From Sporopachydermia quercuum (taxonomy: Eukaryota), in the NCBI GenBank assembly GCA_001599295.1, contig BCGN01000004.1:1427676-1491675 (forward strand): 64,000 nucleotides of DNA, in the 5' to 3' direction. Shown piece by piece: positions 20,463-31,260 of the stretch (the first letter of the stretch is position 1; each line of letters starts with the position of its first letter). The position numbers and the translations under genes are program-made. The notes under the pieces were generated by a model. That model made no database searches. It saw nothing but the letters and a program-made list of their open reading frames with translations, and had not been told where the DNA came from.

Positions 20463-21047
20463 ATGCAATTGAATGAGATCACACTTTTGGCACTTGTTTC
20501 TGTTCTTACTGCGGGTGCAGTTGCAGCTCCAGCTCCAGAAACTACTACTGTTGCTGAGAATTTAACTGAGACTGATTATAATCTACCTCCCGATGCAGTT
20601 TCCTATGTTATTCAATTTGAAGATGATGAAGTACCTTTCATTTACTTTGACGAAAAGGATGTTCCTTCACTTGTCATTGTCAACTCCACCGTTTTGNAAG
20701 GTTATGANCAAGCTGATGATGAAAGCTCTAAGTTGAAGAAGCGGGAAGCTGAAGCTGAACCATGGAGAGGTCAACACTACAGATGGGGACAACCTCTCTA
20801 TAAGAGAGAAGCGGATGCCGAAGCTGAACCATGGAGAGGTCAACANNNNNNNNNNNNNNNNNNNNNNNNNNNNNNNNNNNNNNNNNNNNNNNNNNNNNNN
20901 NNNNNNNNNNNNNNNNNNNNNNNNNNNNNNNNNNNNNNNNNNNNNCAACACTACAGATGGGGACAACCTCTCTATAAGAGAGAAGCGGATGCCGAAGCTG
21001 AACCATGGAGAGGTCAACACTACAGATGGGGACAACCTCTTTACTAA
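20463..21047 (+). CDS. MFalpha: Alpha-factor mating pheromone precursor (prepro-alpha-factor); contains an assembly gap
   Basis: Hydrophobic signal peptide and a pro-region with N-glycosylation sequons (NLT, NST). Repeats follow of a Kex2 site KR, Ste13 dipeptides (EA/DA/EP) and the 13-mer WRGQHYRWGQPLY, which ends in the GQP-x-Y typical of alpha-factors. Confidence 0.95.
   Translation: MQLNEITLLALVSVLTAGAVAAPAPETTTVAENLTETDYNLPPDAVSYVIQFEDDEVPFIYFDEKDVPSLVIVNSTVLXGYXQADDESSKLKKREAEAEPWRGQHYRWGQPLYKREADAEAEPWRGQXXXXXXXXXXXXXXXXXXXXXXXXXXXXXXXXXXQHYRWGQPLYKREADAEAEPWRGQHYRWGQPLY
20738..21044 (+). repeat. 69-bp tandem repeat encoding pheromone units, interrupted by a 100-N gap (20846-20945)
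   Basis: Near-identical units aagagagaagcggatgccgaagctgaaccatggagaggtcaacactacagatggggacaacctct... lie on both sides of the gap. Confidence 0.92.
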
Positions 21048-21962
21048 ACTACAAAAACATTTGGTCTTGCTAGAATTTTGCTTCTTCTCAGAACTCTGAT
21101 AGTATCATGAGTTTTTGTTTCTTACTATTAGTGTTCTTTATTTTATTTCACTGAGAATACATTCTGCGTTAGTCAACATCCAAGATATAAATAAATCAAT
21201 GTAGGCAGAAAAAGAATATTAGAAAGATTACCAGGCAGTATAATCTTTGACGCACATCTCCTTTTCATAATTTTGGTTGAAGATAAGTAATCAACGGAAA
21301 ATATATAAAAATATGCAGAGGGCCTGACTCTTTATCAAGCAAACCTTGTTTCAAATATTTTGCAATAATAATAATTTATCATACTGATTATATTTGTGTT
21401 ATATTGATTTGTCCCAACAGAATCCTTTAGTCTATGTTTCGAATTTGTGGAGATAAAACAAAACATTCACAGATGATAAAGATAGTTGACACAGACGTGA
21501 GATATCTGGTTAACCAGTTGCATAACCACTTAGAAAATCTGTACAGACCATTTGGAAATTCGTTAGTTTTCCATTCTAATAAATTGGTATTTAGAAGATT
21601 GAAGACGCTCATTTAGATAGCAGTATTCATCAGAACACCATTGTAGAAGTATCCTTAATCAGTATTTCCTACAGCAGTGACGACGTTTCCAATTCATAAT
21701 TTCAAAAATTAAGTACCTGTGACTACTATCAATTGTGTTCCTTACCACGCAAGAAATTATATGTATAGTGCTGTGCTGTTTTGTGTGTATTGTTCTATAT
21801 CACTCTATGTTAAGTATATGTAATTCTAATATGTAATATTTCTGTTAATGTATGAAGACGATTCATATTAATATTCTTTTCTTTTCTTTCGCTCCCATTC
21901 AATTTGTTTGAGAAGCAACTCTCTGCTGATATTTAACCTCACGGTTTGACCTAAAACTCCAC

Positions 21963-24900
21963 CTAAAATGTGAACACAGCTGTTCTCTTTTTACCAAGAG
22001 GGTAAACGACAATAGCAGCTGCAAATAAACCAACAGTGATACCAATGGAAACTTCGATCATGGTTAATCCAAAAGAGATCGTATGAGCAGAGGAGTCAGT
22101 TTGGGAACTGGATTCGTGATTCTTAGTAATATTGTCAGCAACACTGACACCACTTAATAAACTAGCTTGCGAAGCGATACCAGATGGTACTTGAACAAAT
22201 ATGGCTGGAAGCATTGCGCTCACAGCAAGCCCTCTTCCAACCCTTGAATAGAGATTTCCCAAAACACCAATAACAAATGCGCCTACAGCACTTGTTATCT
22301 CGGTAGCATTTGTAAAATGCTGACCGCTAAAATATGTCACAACATATCCTGCACTGGCAATAACTATCATTACTGGCAACTGTTTAACATGAGCTTGGTT
22401 TACAAGAGCAAGACCTGTTGCAAACATGGGAATAAACAGAAATCTATACCATGGTGATACTGGTGATGAACATGATGCTGTTGATACAGCATCATGATCA
22501 ATCCATCCGTACAGTGCTGCGCCCAACGTAATACCAAAACCCAAAAACAAGGAATAAATAATAGCATAAAACATGCGAACAGCTCCAGCTACAAGGTTTC
22601 GCGATTGCAACTCCAAGGAGCCAGTGAGAATGATATATCCGGGTAAAATTAGAGCAAGAGATCCTTGAGTTATAGCCCCAAAACAAAACGTAGTATGATC
22701 CCCGATCGAACCAATTGCTCGACCTACAAAACTCACAACAATAGAAGCTGTTACCTCAAATACATTACTGTACAGGTTAGATCTTGGAGCAACTTTCAAT
22801 TGGAGAAATCCCACGCAAGCCCCCAACCCAAAGCATATAGGCATATCAAACCAACCACCACTAAAAGCAAAAGGTGCAACCATTGAAGAAGCAAATCCAA
22901 ATATTAGCACACATGCCCACCAAGGATATAGATTACTCTTATTGATGAGCGCTTCTAGTTTATCACTTGCATCATCAACACCAAGTTCATCGTGCACAAC
23001 CTGTTTGTATATCGAATGAACTTCGTGCAACTTGCTCAAATGCAATCCTTGATCACATCTCACTAATTGGACCTCTGACGTCCTTGTTACGTGGTCACCA
23101 AAAGATACTATCATACAACCAGGTAAATAAAGAAACTGACTGTCAATTTCCAGCACTTTTGCTGTGGTACGCATATATTCCTCCAAACGATGGGTTGGTG
23201 CTCCATAAAGCATGAGAGCTTTACATAATCGAAGAATAAATCTTTGACGTTGGAGGACATCGGCAATATGAACGGTAATTCTGGCTTCGTTGGCATACTT
23301 CTTTCTAACNTTTTTCAACTTTTGAGNAGTAGAGTTACCGGTTGTTTTAGGCCTTTTAGACTGAAACTTTGGCAATTGGGACAATGAAGAATCTGTTGTA
23401 TTTGATTTCTTGAACTTTCCTCCAGCGAGAAGTGAAATAGCACTTTTAGAATTACCCTTTCGAGCGTCATGTAATTGTGTTAATGATGTGGTTGAAGATG
23501 AACGAGGGAAAGCCTGACTGAATTCAGAATTGGATACCTCAACAGCATCTGGCATAAGGTCTTGAATGTTATCGTATGACATAACACGTTTATGACCAGC
23601 CTTTTCTTTTGTTAAAAGCTTTTTCAACTTGCTGGGTTCAAAGGAGTCACGTTTTCCAAATAATGGTGTTGCAGAGCCACTACGATTTCCATCCTTCCCT
23701 AATAAAGTGTCACTGGAATGTGCCAATGTTGTGTCGGAAGATTTCGCATACACAGGGTTTTGGTATAATCGTAACAACGAGCTGAGAATACCCTGTTTCA
23801 CACATTGAGGCTGTCGCTCTATTTCATCATCGTCAGATGAAAACTCGCTATCATATTCATCATAAGCACCTAATGGTTGATCTTCAAATCCCATATCAAC
23901 ATCAGACCTCAGCAGATTACTGGCTGGAATAGTAAATGTATCTTTGCTATCACTAGCCCCAGTTCCTGACATTGAACCCAGATGCAACTTTACAATCTCT
24001 TGGGCCTCTTGAGTCAGCTCCTGCATTTCTTCACCGTCTTTACCTTTCAAAGCTTCAGCTAACGCAGGCACAGATGATGAATTGCTGCCGGTATTCAAGT
24101 CTTCTTGAATGGTAACTTTTTGCTTACTTTCCCGTTTGGATTTTGAGCTTCCATTGGATGCCAATTTTTCTAATTCTATTGAGTCTAAAGAGTCAGTGTT
24201 CGAACTGGACGATTCGTTGTTGTTGCCTTTAGAATTGCTCTTCTGGCGAGAAAATAATTTACCAAAGAAGCTTTTGTGAGTATTTGACCCTTTGGTTGAT
24301 GTTCTGTTTAGATCGTTTGTCTGAAATTGACGGTGCAAATCTTCGTCTTCTTGCCCAAAACCTTCTTCTATATCGTGCGGCCGTACTGGTTCATCTCTAG
24401 TGGCTCCCACAGCAAGACCACCAGCATTTGGTAAAGCAATCGATGCGTACAATGCATTTGAAGCAGGGTCATGGGTTAATTGAGCCCGCGCACGGGCTAT
24501 ATCATCGGCTGAATGACGATGTATATTTGGAGGTCTCTGTTGCCGTTGGGGAAGTCTCTTAGGACTATCCATGCCGCTTTTCCTTGGTCTACTTCCTGGT
24601 TCATAGCCAGGATGCAATTGACCAGAGTGGCTCCCCAAGTCTTCTACAGAGTCATTACCATCGTCATAAACAAAAAACTGAGCTCTTTTTGGAGAAGCAT
24701 GTTCGGGTGCTTTATTCGGTGTAGATTTTGACTGTTTCAAAGAGTTGACATTATCACTGGAGTTTCCTTCAAGTAGNTTGTTGCTACTGCTGCTGTCCCC
24801 CATTGGAGCCAACCTGTTCTTGAAAGAGTTATTTCCAAGACCTTCAGACATTTCATCATCACTATTTGAGTCTTGAATTCTAGCTTTGTGCCCGGGTCCA

Positions 24901-25448
24901 GCATTAGATCTTCCAATAATTCCCCCTGNGGCTGACTTAGGCGCGTCAGCAAGTGAAAGAAGAATTCGAGGTGTAGATTGCGAATGGTTTAAGGATGGAG
25001 NTGATTGAGGACCTCTTGGAGCATATACGCCACCGGCACGGATTGAAGTTGGAGAGCCTGTTTGCGAAGAACGTCTTGTTTCCAAAGGTTGATGTCCACC
25101 GCTATGCAAATCTGTCATTGAGCTGCTGTGGCTAAAGTTATGTACCCAGAAGGAGCTCTCATTATCAAAGTCGTTGTCATTATATTCATCACGAGATTGC
25201 CTCAACCTTCTATCAAGATATTCAAGATTATTCTCATCCATTGTGCTTCGTATACTTGGAGCGGTAGGAGAGAAAGTTGGAAGTTGAAAATTTCCTGATA
25301 ATGGCCTTGGATAGTGTCTTCGACTGGAGACAGATGCTGATCTTTCATCGTTTGTGAAATCTCGAGTTCTGCTTCTACTTCGAGAGGTCTCAGGTGTTCT
25401 GTTCGCTGATCGGCTGATCTGCTTGTCTGGTCTTCCTTGCCGAGACAT
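21963..25448 (-). CDS. PRM10: Pheromone-regulated membrane protein Prm10 (ThrE/DUF1212 family exporter-like)
   Basis: Long disordered N-terminus, then ARITVHIADVLQRQRFILRLCKALMLYGAPTHRLEEY and about 10 predicted TM segments (ALILPGYIIL, AMLPAIFVQVPSG). Confidence 0.9.
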   Translation of the reverse strand: MSRQGRPDKQISRSANRTPETSRSRSRTRDFTNDERSASVSSRRHYPRPLSGNFQLPTFSPTAPSIRSTMDENNLEYLDRRLRQSRDEYNDNDFDNESSFWVHNFSHSSSMTDLHSGGHQPLETRRSSQTGSPTSIRAGGVYAPRGPQSXPSLNHSQSTPRILLSLADAPKSAXGGIIGRSNAGPGHKARIQDSNSDDEMSEGLGNNSFKNRLAPMGDSSSSNXLLEGNSSDNVNSLKQSKSTPNKAPEHASPKRAQFFVYDDGNDSVEDLGSHSGQLHPGYEPGSRPRKSGMDSPKRLPQRQQRPPNIHRHSADDIARARAQLTHDPASNALYASIALPNAGGLAVGATRDEPVRPHDIEEGFGQEDEDLHRQFQTNDLNRTSTKGSNTHKSFFGKLFSRQKSNSKGNNNESSSSNTDSLDSIELEKLASNGSSKSKRESKQKVTIQEDLNTGSNSSSVPALAEALKGKDGEEMQELTQEAQEIVKLHLGSMSGTGASDSKDTFTIPASNLLRSDVDMGFEDQPLGAYDEYDSEFSSDDDEIERQPQCVKQGILSSLLRLYQNPVYAKSSDTTLAHSSDTLLGKDGNRSGSATPLFGKRDSFEPSKLKKLLTKEKAGHKRVMSYDNIQDLMPDAVEVSNSEFSQAFPRSSSTTSLTQLHDARKGNSKSAISLLAGGKFKKSNTTDSSLSQLPKFQSKRPKTTGNSTXQKLKXVRKKYANEARITVHIADVLQRQRFILRLCKALMLYGAPTHRLEEYMRTTAKVLEIDSQFLYLPGCMIVSFGDHVTRTSEVQLVRCDQGLHLSKLHEVHSIYKQVVHDELGVDDASDKLEALINKSNLYPWWACVLIFGFASSMVAPFAFSGGWFDMPICFGLGACVGFLQLKVAPRSNLYSNVFEVTASIVVSFVGRAIGSIGDHTTFCFGAITQGSLALILPGYIILTGSLELQSRNLVAGAVRMFYAIIYSLFLGFGITLGAALYGWIDHDAVSTASCSSPVSPWYRFLFIPMFATGLALVNQAHVKQLPVMIVIASAGYVVTYFSGQHFTNATEITSAVGAFVIGVLGNLYSRVGRGLAVSAMLPAIFVQVPSGIASQASLLSGVSVADNITKNHESSSQTDSSAHTISFGLTMIEVSIGITVGLFAAAIVVYPLGKKRTAVFTF

Positions 25449-27997
25449 TATGACTGTGGCTAGTTGGTAGTAGTTGTTTGAAGTAGGAAGGGAATTCCGG
25501 TGACAATTTAAATAGAAGTAGAACCTGCAGTATCAAGCATTTGGTTCAGAGAGCTTATAAGTTTTTTGTATTAAATAAGCTGAAAGTTGATTTGATCCTT
25601 ATCGTCTAGTTGATTATCAGTAAGAAAACGAATGATATAGCGAAACTAATAGATCACACGATTGATAAGGAAGTTCTTGTCTGCCAATCGTTAATACTGT
25701 TGTGACTTATTGCTGATGGTATAATCACTTTCTTATAGTTATACTTCCTACTGCCTTCATTCAATACCTATGCTAATGTGCACTATTCATGATTGATTTA
25801 AAAGGAATGCCACTGATAAATAAGTCAGATATATCTAGCTAGTCCTTTTTTTCCATTATGAGACCCAAAATAACAAGATTTAAGATATGACATAATAGGT
25901 GCAGAGTTTAAAACTTTAGACTTTGGGTTTGCATCAAGCTGAGACATACGTAAGAAATATTGAGACTAAGGCTAAATCAGGGAAAATTGACAGTTTCACG
26001 ATATATGCTACAGATAGATTGAAGTTCTAATCTTTGTTTAAGCAGGATGGGGGAGATATACGATAAAGATATAATTAAATGCAGAATCTTCAAAAATTTG
26101 GTTAAATCTTTTGATTGAAACCATTTCATTAGTTCCTCCAACAGTTCTATCCTACATTTTAAGTTGACTTACTACATGCAACTCTAAATTATAGTTACTT
26201 ACTATTACCACTTCAAATGCTGATAGAGTAAATTACCCGAAATAGTGAAATAGGGATAACGTGAAAGAAAAACATGAATGAAACAGACAGTTAGATTAGC
26301 TATTCTATGGTGAAGAAGAACGATGGAATTGATGCAGTTCGGAACAATCAAAATTGAGAGAGAATGATGGAAATTATTGATCAACCATACGCAGTTGTCC
26401 AAGGTTGAGATTGGGCTTATATCTGAGTTTACATACGCTTGTATGGAGTCAGTGAATCTACATGCTCGTTGATAGAACAGTCTTTCTTTTCTTTGATTAA
26501 TGTTCAAAATATCAAATAATCTCTGAATTGGGGACTTAATCCTAAATTTGGGACATTTTGATTGAGCCCAAGACATTCATTCCATTACAACTACATTTCA
26601 CCATAATGAACAGCATAGANCTCAACTTCGGTTTCTTTAGTAACCCGCGTTCTGTTTCCATTACGTCGGTTTCATCATACTATTATTGAGCGAATCATCT
26701 CAAGTAAATGCAATTAATAACAATTCGTTATGATAGAAATAAATCAGATGGTTGCTATAGTAGACCACTTGCTAGTTCAGCACTCTACTATAGCAACCAT
26801 CTGTTAAAGTATCACTACATGAAAAAACCTTCGTATACCGTTCTATTTGCCACTGTTGACATCTTTAGTATGATTAGGAGTAAATGTAAATCAAACTACA
26901 ATGGAATTTAAATCATAATGATATTTGAGTAAATCAATGAATAAGTCANAATGAATTATAATAAATCCTTAATTACTTTATTAATTATATTGAAAGCCTT
27001 TCCCTCTTCTGATTCCAGAGATACCAAAAATAGAACGATGGAGATTCCTTATTTGGTTAATTCAGGTACCATTTTTCAAGGCGCAGCACAGCCGTGAAAT
27101 GAAAAGAAAATCTATGTATTGAGATTTTATGTGAAGTAATCAACTGGCATATTGGAAGTTTGAGAGGATAATTCTCATGGTTCATTTTTCTGTATTTATG
27201 TTGGAGATAATTGTTCGTTCAGTTAGAAACAGCAGAACAGACCGCAGTGATCTTTATGACATATAACAGGTACTGTTTAAAGCCCCTGTTTAAAGCCCTT
27301 GGTGTTCTGCAATTAATGATTGATTGCCTATATCGGTAGTGCTCANAAAGTTGGGAGATTCTTTTTTTTCACTCCAAATGTGAGGTACTATTACTGCTAA
27401 CCTGCTACCAAATAAAAGCCAATTATACTCAATATACAAGAAGCTTTAGGATTCAATTGTTTCATAAGTTTTGTGGTATAGTTAAAGGAAGCATCATCAG
27501 GCTTGGCACAGTCATTGTGTATCAGGTTGTTATTCAATGATCATCAAACAATCGCGCTCGCTACGCATCAAACTTGATTCCAATTGAATGGCAACTTGCT
27601 ACGAATCAATTTTCCATATTGTTCTTTTTAGGCATCCTTGATTTTTCGCGNAACTATTCTCAAATCGTTCTTAAGAATTAACTAAACCTCCCGAAAGGAT
27701 CCAATTGAAAAAGCCCTATCTGTCTCCACCATACAATAAGAAGTTTTAGGTTTGAAAGAAGCTTTGAAAGAATATGCAGGTCGATGCCTACATGACATCA
27801 TAGGAGAGATATTAAATAAAGTGTAGTTTCGATTGTATAAGGTTTATATTCTGGGCTTTTTCAACCTTATTGTGTGGCACGTGATTTGGATACTACCCTA
27901 ACAGTTTACCGAGAGAAATTAGTAGGAAGCAGTATATAAATTGAGGTAATACACATTAAAATCGGTCTTTGATTCCAACTATAAATAAGTGTGTTGT

Positions 27998-28035
<38 letters not shown>

Positions 28036-28048
28036 TTACTATTACTAT
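27998..28048. repeat. (TAC)12 microsatellite with a degenerate tail, near the TRK 3' end
   Basis: Read directly: (TAC)12 at 27998-28033, followed by tattactattactat. Confidence 0.95.
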
Positions 28049-28158
28049 AAATACCTGTTTCTATTCTAGATCATAGTCCATGTGATCTCATGGTTATTGA
28101 ATCTACTTCTTTTTACTCTCCCCCACCAGTCAATCAATAAACTGATCTATCCCTAAAG

Positions 28159-31100
28159 CTAATATACACCAGTACTCCTTCTGCTTAATGTCCTTTGAAC
28201 TTGTAAAGGTATAGGTTTTCTCTTTGGGCCCATCTCCAAAATGTAGCTGCCACCTGTAGAAAGAGATCTCCACAGCTTTTGTAGCTGGGATCTATTATGA
28301 GGCTCTCTTTCTTCTGCCAGTTCTTGTTGCAGGCTTTCTAACGTCAAAACATGATGTAATGCTTGAACTTCATCTCGTTTATCAAGCTGTTCAGATGGTA
28401 ACATAATAGCTCTGTCCAAGTTATATGGTAATCCACGATGTCTTCCTCTGATCATCATGGCAATCATCACCAGCTTCCCTAAGGTACTATATTGACCTAC
28501 AAATGACGTGTTATAGTTGGGATATCCTAAGCTTAGTCCAACAGTTCCGTATGCTGAAACAACATCAAAAAACACTCTGAATATATCAAATTCAGGCTCT
28601 TCAGGATCTGACAGGCGGCCTCCTTCTATTAAACAAATAAGAAACAGTCCAAGGGCAATATACCATAAATCAAACGACAGTTGTCTTCTCAAATGATTCT
28701 GTATAAAAGACTTACCCCTTGCTGCTTCAGTATTAATTGTTTCGTGCTCATGAAATGCTCCAATACTCTGTTCTTCGTAAACATTAGTTGTACGAATAGA
28801 AATGGCCAGGGGAAGAACCGAGATATACATCATGATGAAATACGATACCTGCGTAGCAGGTGCCAATGACGCCAAATTAGTCATAGCGAATCCTGCTGTA
28901 CGTGTATTGAACGCTTGAAATAAACCATCAATCACTCTGAATCCCATTTTCACGCCTTGAACTTCAAATATCTTGTTTTTCAAATCAAGAATCAGAAATA
29001 AGATCCAATCCACACCATTGAGAACAACCAAGATGAAAAACAGCCACCAAGTAATGTTTGATTGAAACAACATAGTGAAACATCTTCTGGGATGATCTAG
29101 CAAGAATCCTGCGCTTTCTCGTAACTGACTGAGATCACGCGAACATTTGAACAATACCCATACAATTAGTCTTAAGGCACAGGGAAATCCTGTGTTGCCA
29201 AGAACGATTAAAAATGACATATAAATCAGTATAAATGGTGAACCGGCAAATGAGACCATTGAGTTGGGTGTCAAAGTGTACCCCAGATCGTTGAAACTTG
29301 ACTGAGCTGTGAAAAAGGCCCACCAAGCAGGAGATACACCAAAGCCTCTTACTATAGAACTATACCGTGGCATTCCTAGAATCCAACCAAGGAAAACAAA
29401 TGCTGACACTAAATGGATTCCTACATAATAAATAGCTAGTATTTTAGCCAATAGCTTAGTAGCTCTGTATTCAACACCTCCTAGTTCATCTTTCTGCTGT
29501 GGTGAGAGTCCTAAGAAAGTAGAATTACGGCCAATCGTGGGACTCCATGATAGATAATTACCAGACACTTTACTTTGTCTTCTGTTGAAAACCCTGTCGT
29601 CTTCTTCATCCGAATCGTTACGGGACCTCAAACTGAAAGTTGACATTCTTCTTGGAATGTATTGGCGAGGATGAGCATTAGCTAGCTTATTGGTAAGGTT
29701 CCGTTTCAATCTCTTGGGAAGATTTCTTTTAGTTTTACGAGAATTTCCTGAAGGAGAGTTTCCCATTGCTGTTCCTGTAGTTTTAGAGGCGCTAATTGCT
29801 GCCCCAGATGGTACATCAATAGTATTGCTTCGTTTGCCCAGTTTCTTGTGGGAACGATCAGCATTTGTTGATAGAGGACCAATATTTGATCGAGCCCTTT
29901 TCAAGTCAAATTTTTCGTAAGAATCATCGTCATCAATATTCTCGGCATTACTGTTGCTATCATATGTATCCTCTGACTCGAACCCTGTTGATGCATCATT
30001 AAAACTTGTGTCTGCTGAATGAGCAGTTGCTTTCAACCCAAACTTGCGGGATTTGAAAAATGAGGCCGCCCGTTGTCTCCGATTTGGCCAAACAGAAGCA
30101 GAATTGTCGTCGTGTTCTCTGTGATGAAAGTCTGAATGTCTTGTCTTTTGCTTGAACTCGTGATGTTCCCCCCTGTCTAGTTCTCTAGGTCCTTTTACTA
30201 CCAACGCAGGTCCTTCTCCAAGTTCGAATTCTGAAGGTCTACGGCTCTTTTGCAGCATAGAAATTGACCTCAGTACGTCAGAAGGTTCTATCTGGTCTGT
30301 TCGGTAGGGGTCTGACTCTTCATCTTCATCATTGTTATTGTTCATACTGTTATTACTACCGTCGTTATTACTATTCATACTCTCATTGCTATTCTTAGCT
30401 GTTGATCCTGGGTCGCTGTTATCACCAGCAAGCATTCTTCTCTTGTCTTCTTGCTCTTTCTCATGTTTTTGTTGTAGAAACTGAATAGATCTTAAAACTT
30501 GTGGAGGATCATTTCTATCATTGTTGAGACTATTGCTATTGTCATCTGAGCCTCGATGATTATCTGATAAAGTATCCAGTTCAAAACCGTTTTGATTCTG
30601 CATTTGGTCACTTTTCGGCCGAGGAAGGTGCGAGAACTTGATGTCCTTTTTCGCTAGAGCAGGGTTATTCAAATTGCTATCCTTGCTTTCNCCAGAATTC
30701 ATTTTCCCACTGAAATGCTCAATGTCGTTAGTAGATATACGTCCTCTTGATGCTAGTGTTGCTGTTCTTCTCATTTTATGCTGTAGTTTAGACCGTTCTC
30801 TGATGTTCTCAAATCTGGTTTCAAACCAGTAGAGCCTAATAAACACAATTGAAGAATGAATAAACACGGGAGTTGTCAAAAAACATATTATGTATAATAC
30901 CATTTGCTGCCAAAGGGTAATCTCGTTGACGTCTACCGTGTTTAAACCACCCTGAGTGGCAGAGCCACAACCAAAAAACAAAGCATCGATATATGCGATA
31001 TTGCCAACAGGATAAATCATTATAGACCCAGCAATGGCCCATGCGATAATATAGAAATAGTGAGCAAGCAAGAAGGACGGAATTGTGAATTTCCATCCTT

Positions 31101-31260
31101 TGGTGATAGCTCTTCTTAGAGGACCGGGGATAGATCGAAAGATAGCCTTAAACCCTTTCACTACTCTCCGTATGAAAGCATAACTGAAAAGAAATCTAAC
31201 GAACCGAGAAGCATTATCAAATTTTTCCTGTGTTCTAAACTCCCAATCTATTAGCGCCAT
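28159..31260 (-). CDS. TRK1: Trk-family high-affinity potassium transporter
   Basis: Four MPM selectivity motifs (ATQGGLN, FNDLGYT, TRTAGF, AYGTVGLS), LSWSPTIGRNS, ELGGVEYRA and RGRHRGLP. Adjacent to URA2, as in S. cerevisiae. Confidence 0.93.
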   Translation of the reverse strand: MALIDWEFRTQEKFDNASRFVRFLFSYAFIRRVVKGFKAIFRSIPGPLRRAITKGWKFTIPSFLLAHYFYIIAWAIAGSIMIYPVGNIAYIDALFFGCGSATQGGLNTVDVNEITLWQQMVLYIICFLTTPVFIHSSIVFIRLYWFETRFENIRERSKLQHKMRRTATLASRGRISTNDIEHFSGKMNSXESKDSNLNNPALAKKDIKFSHLPRPKSDQMQNQNGFELDTLSDNHRGSDDNSNSLNNDRNDPPQVLRSIQFLQQKHEKEQEDKRRMLAGDNSDPGSTAKNSNESMNSNNDGSNNSMNNNNDEDEESDPYRTDQIEPSDVLRSISMLQKSRRPSEFELGEGPALVVKGPRELDRGEHHEFKQKTRHSDFHHREHDDNSASVWPNRRQRAASFFKSRKFGLKATAHSADTSFNDASTGFESEDTYDSNSNAENIDDDDSYEKFDLKRARSNIGPLSTNADRSHKKLGKRSNTIDVPSGAAISASKTTGTAMGNSPSGNSRKTKRNLPKRLKRNLTNKLANAHPRQYIPRRMSTFSLRSRNDSDEEDDRVFNRRQSKVSGNYLSWSPTIGRNSTFLGLSPQQKDELGGVEYRATKLLAKILAIYYVGIHLVSAFVFLGWILGMPRYSSIVRGFGVSPAWWAFFTAQSSFNDLGYTLTPNSMVSFAGSPFILIYMSFLIVLGNTGFPCALRLIVWVLFKCSRDLSQLRESAGFLLDHPRRCFTMLFQSNITWWLFFILVVLNGVDWILFLILDLKNKIFEVQGVKMGFRVIDGLFQAFNTRTAGFAMTNLASLAPATQVSYFIMMYISVLPLAISIRTTNVYEEQSIGAFHEHETINTEAARGKSFIQNHLRRQLSFDLWYIALGLFLICLIEGGRLSDPEEPEFDIFRVFFDVVSAYGTVGLSLGYPNYNTSFVGQYSTLGKLVMIAMMIRGRHRGLPYNLDRAIMLPSEQLDKRDEVQALHHVLTLESLQQELAEEREPHNRSQLQKLWRSLSTGGSYILEMGPKRKPIPLQVQRTLSRRSTGVY

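Noticed and set aside
20738..21044. CRISPR-like repeat array
   Set aside because: These are in-frame coding tandem repeats with no unique spacers, in a eukaryotic pheromone gene.
26205..26576. 123-aa minus-strand ORF in the PRM10/TRK gap
   Set aside because: It has no recognisable domain and an atypical composition, so it is probably spurious.
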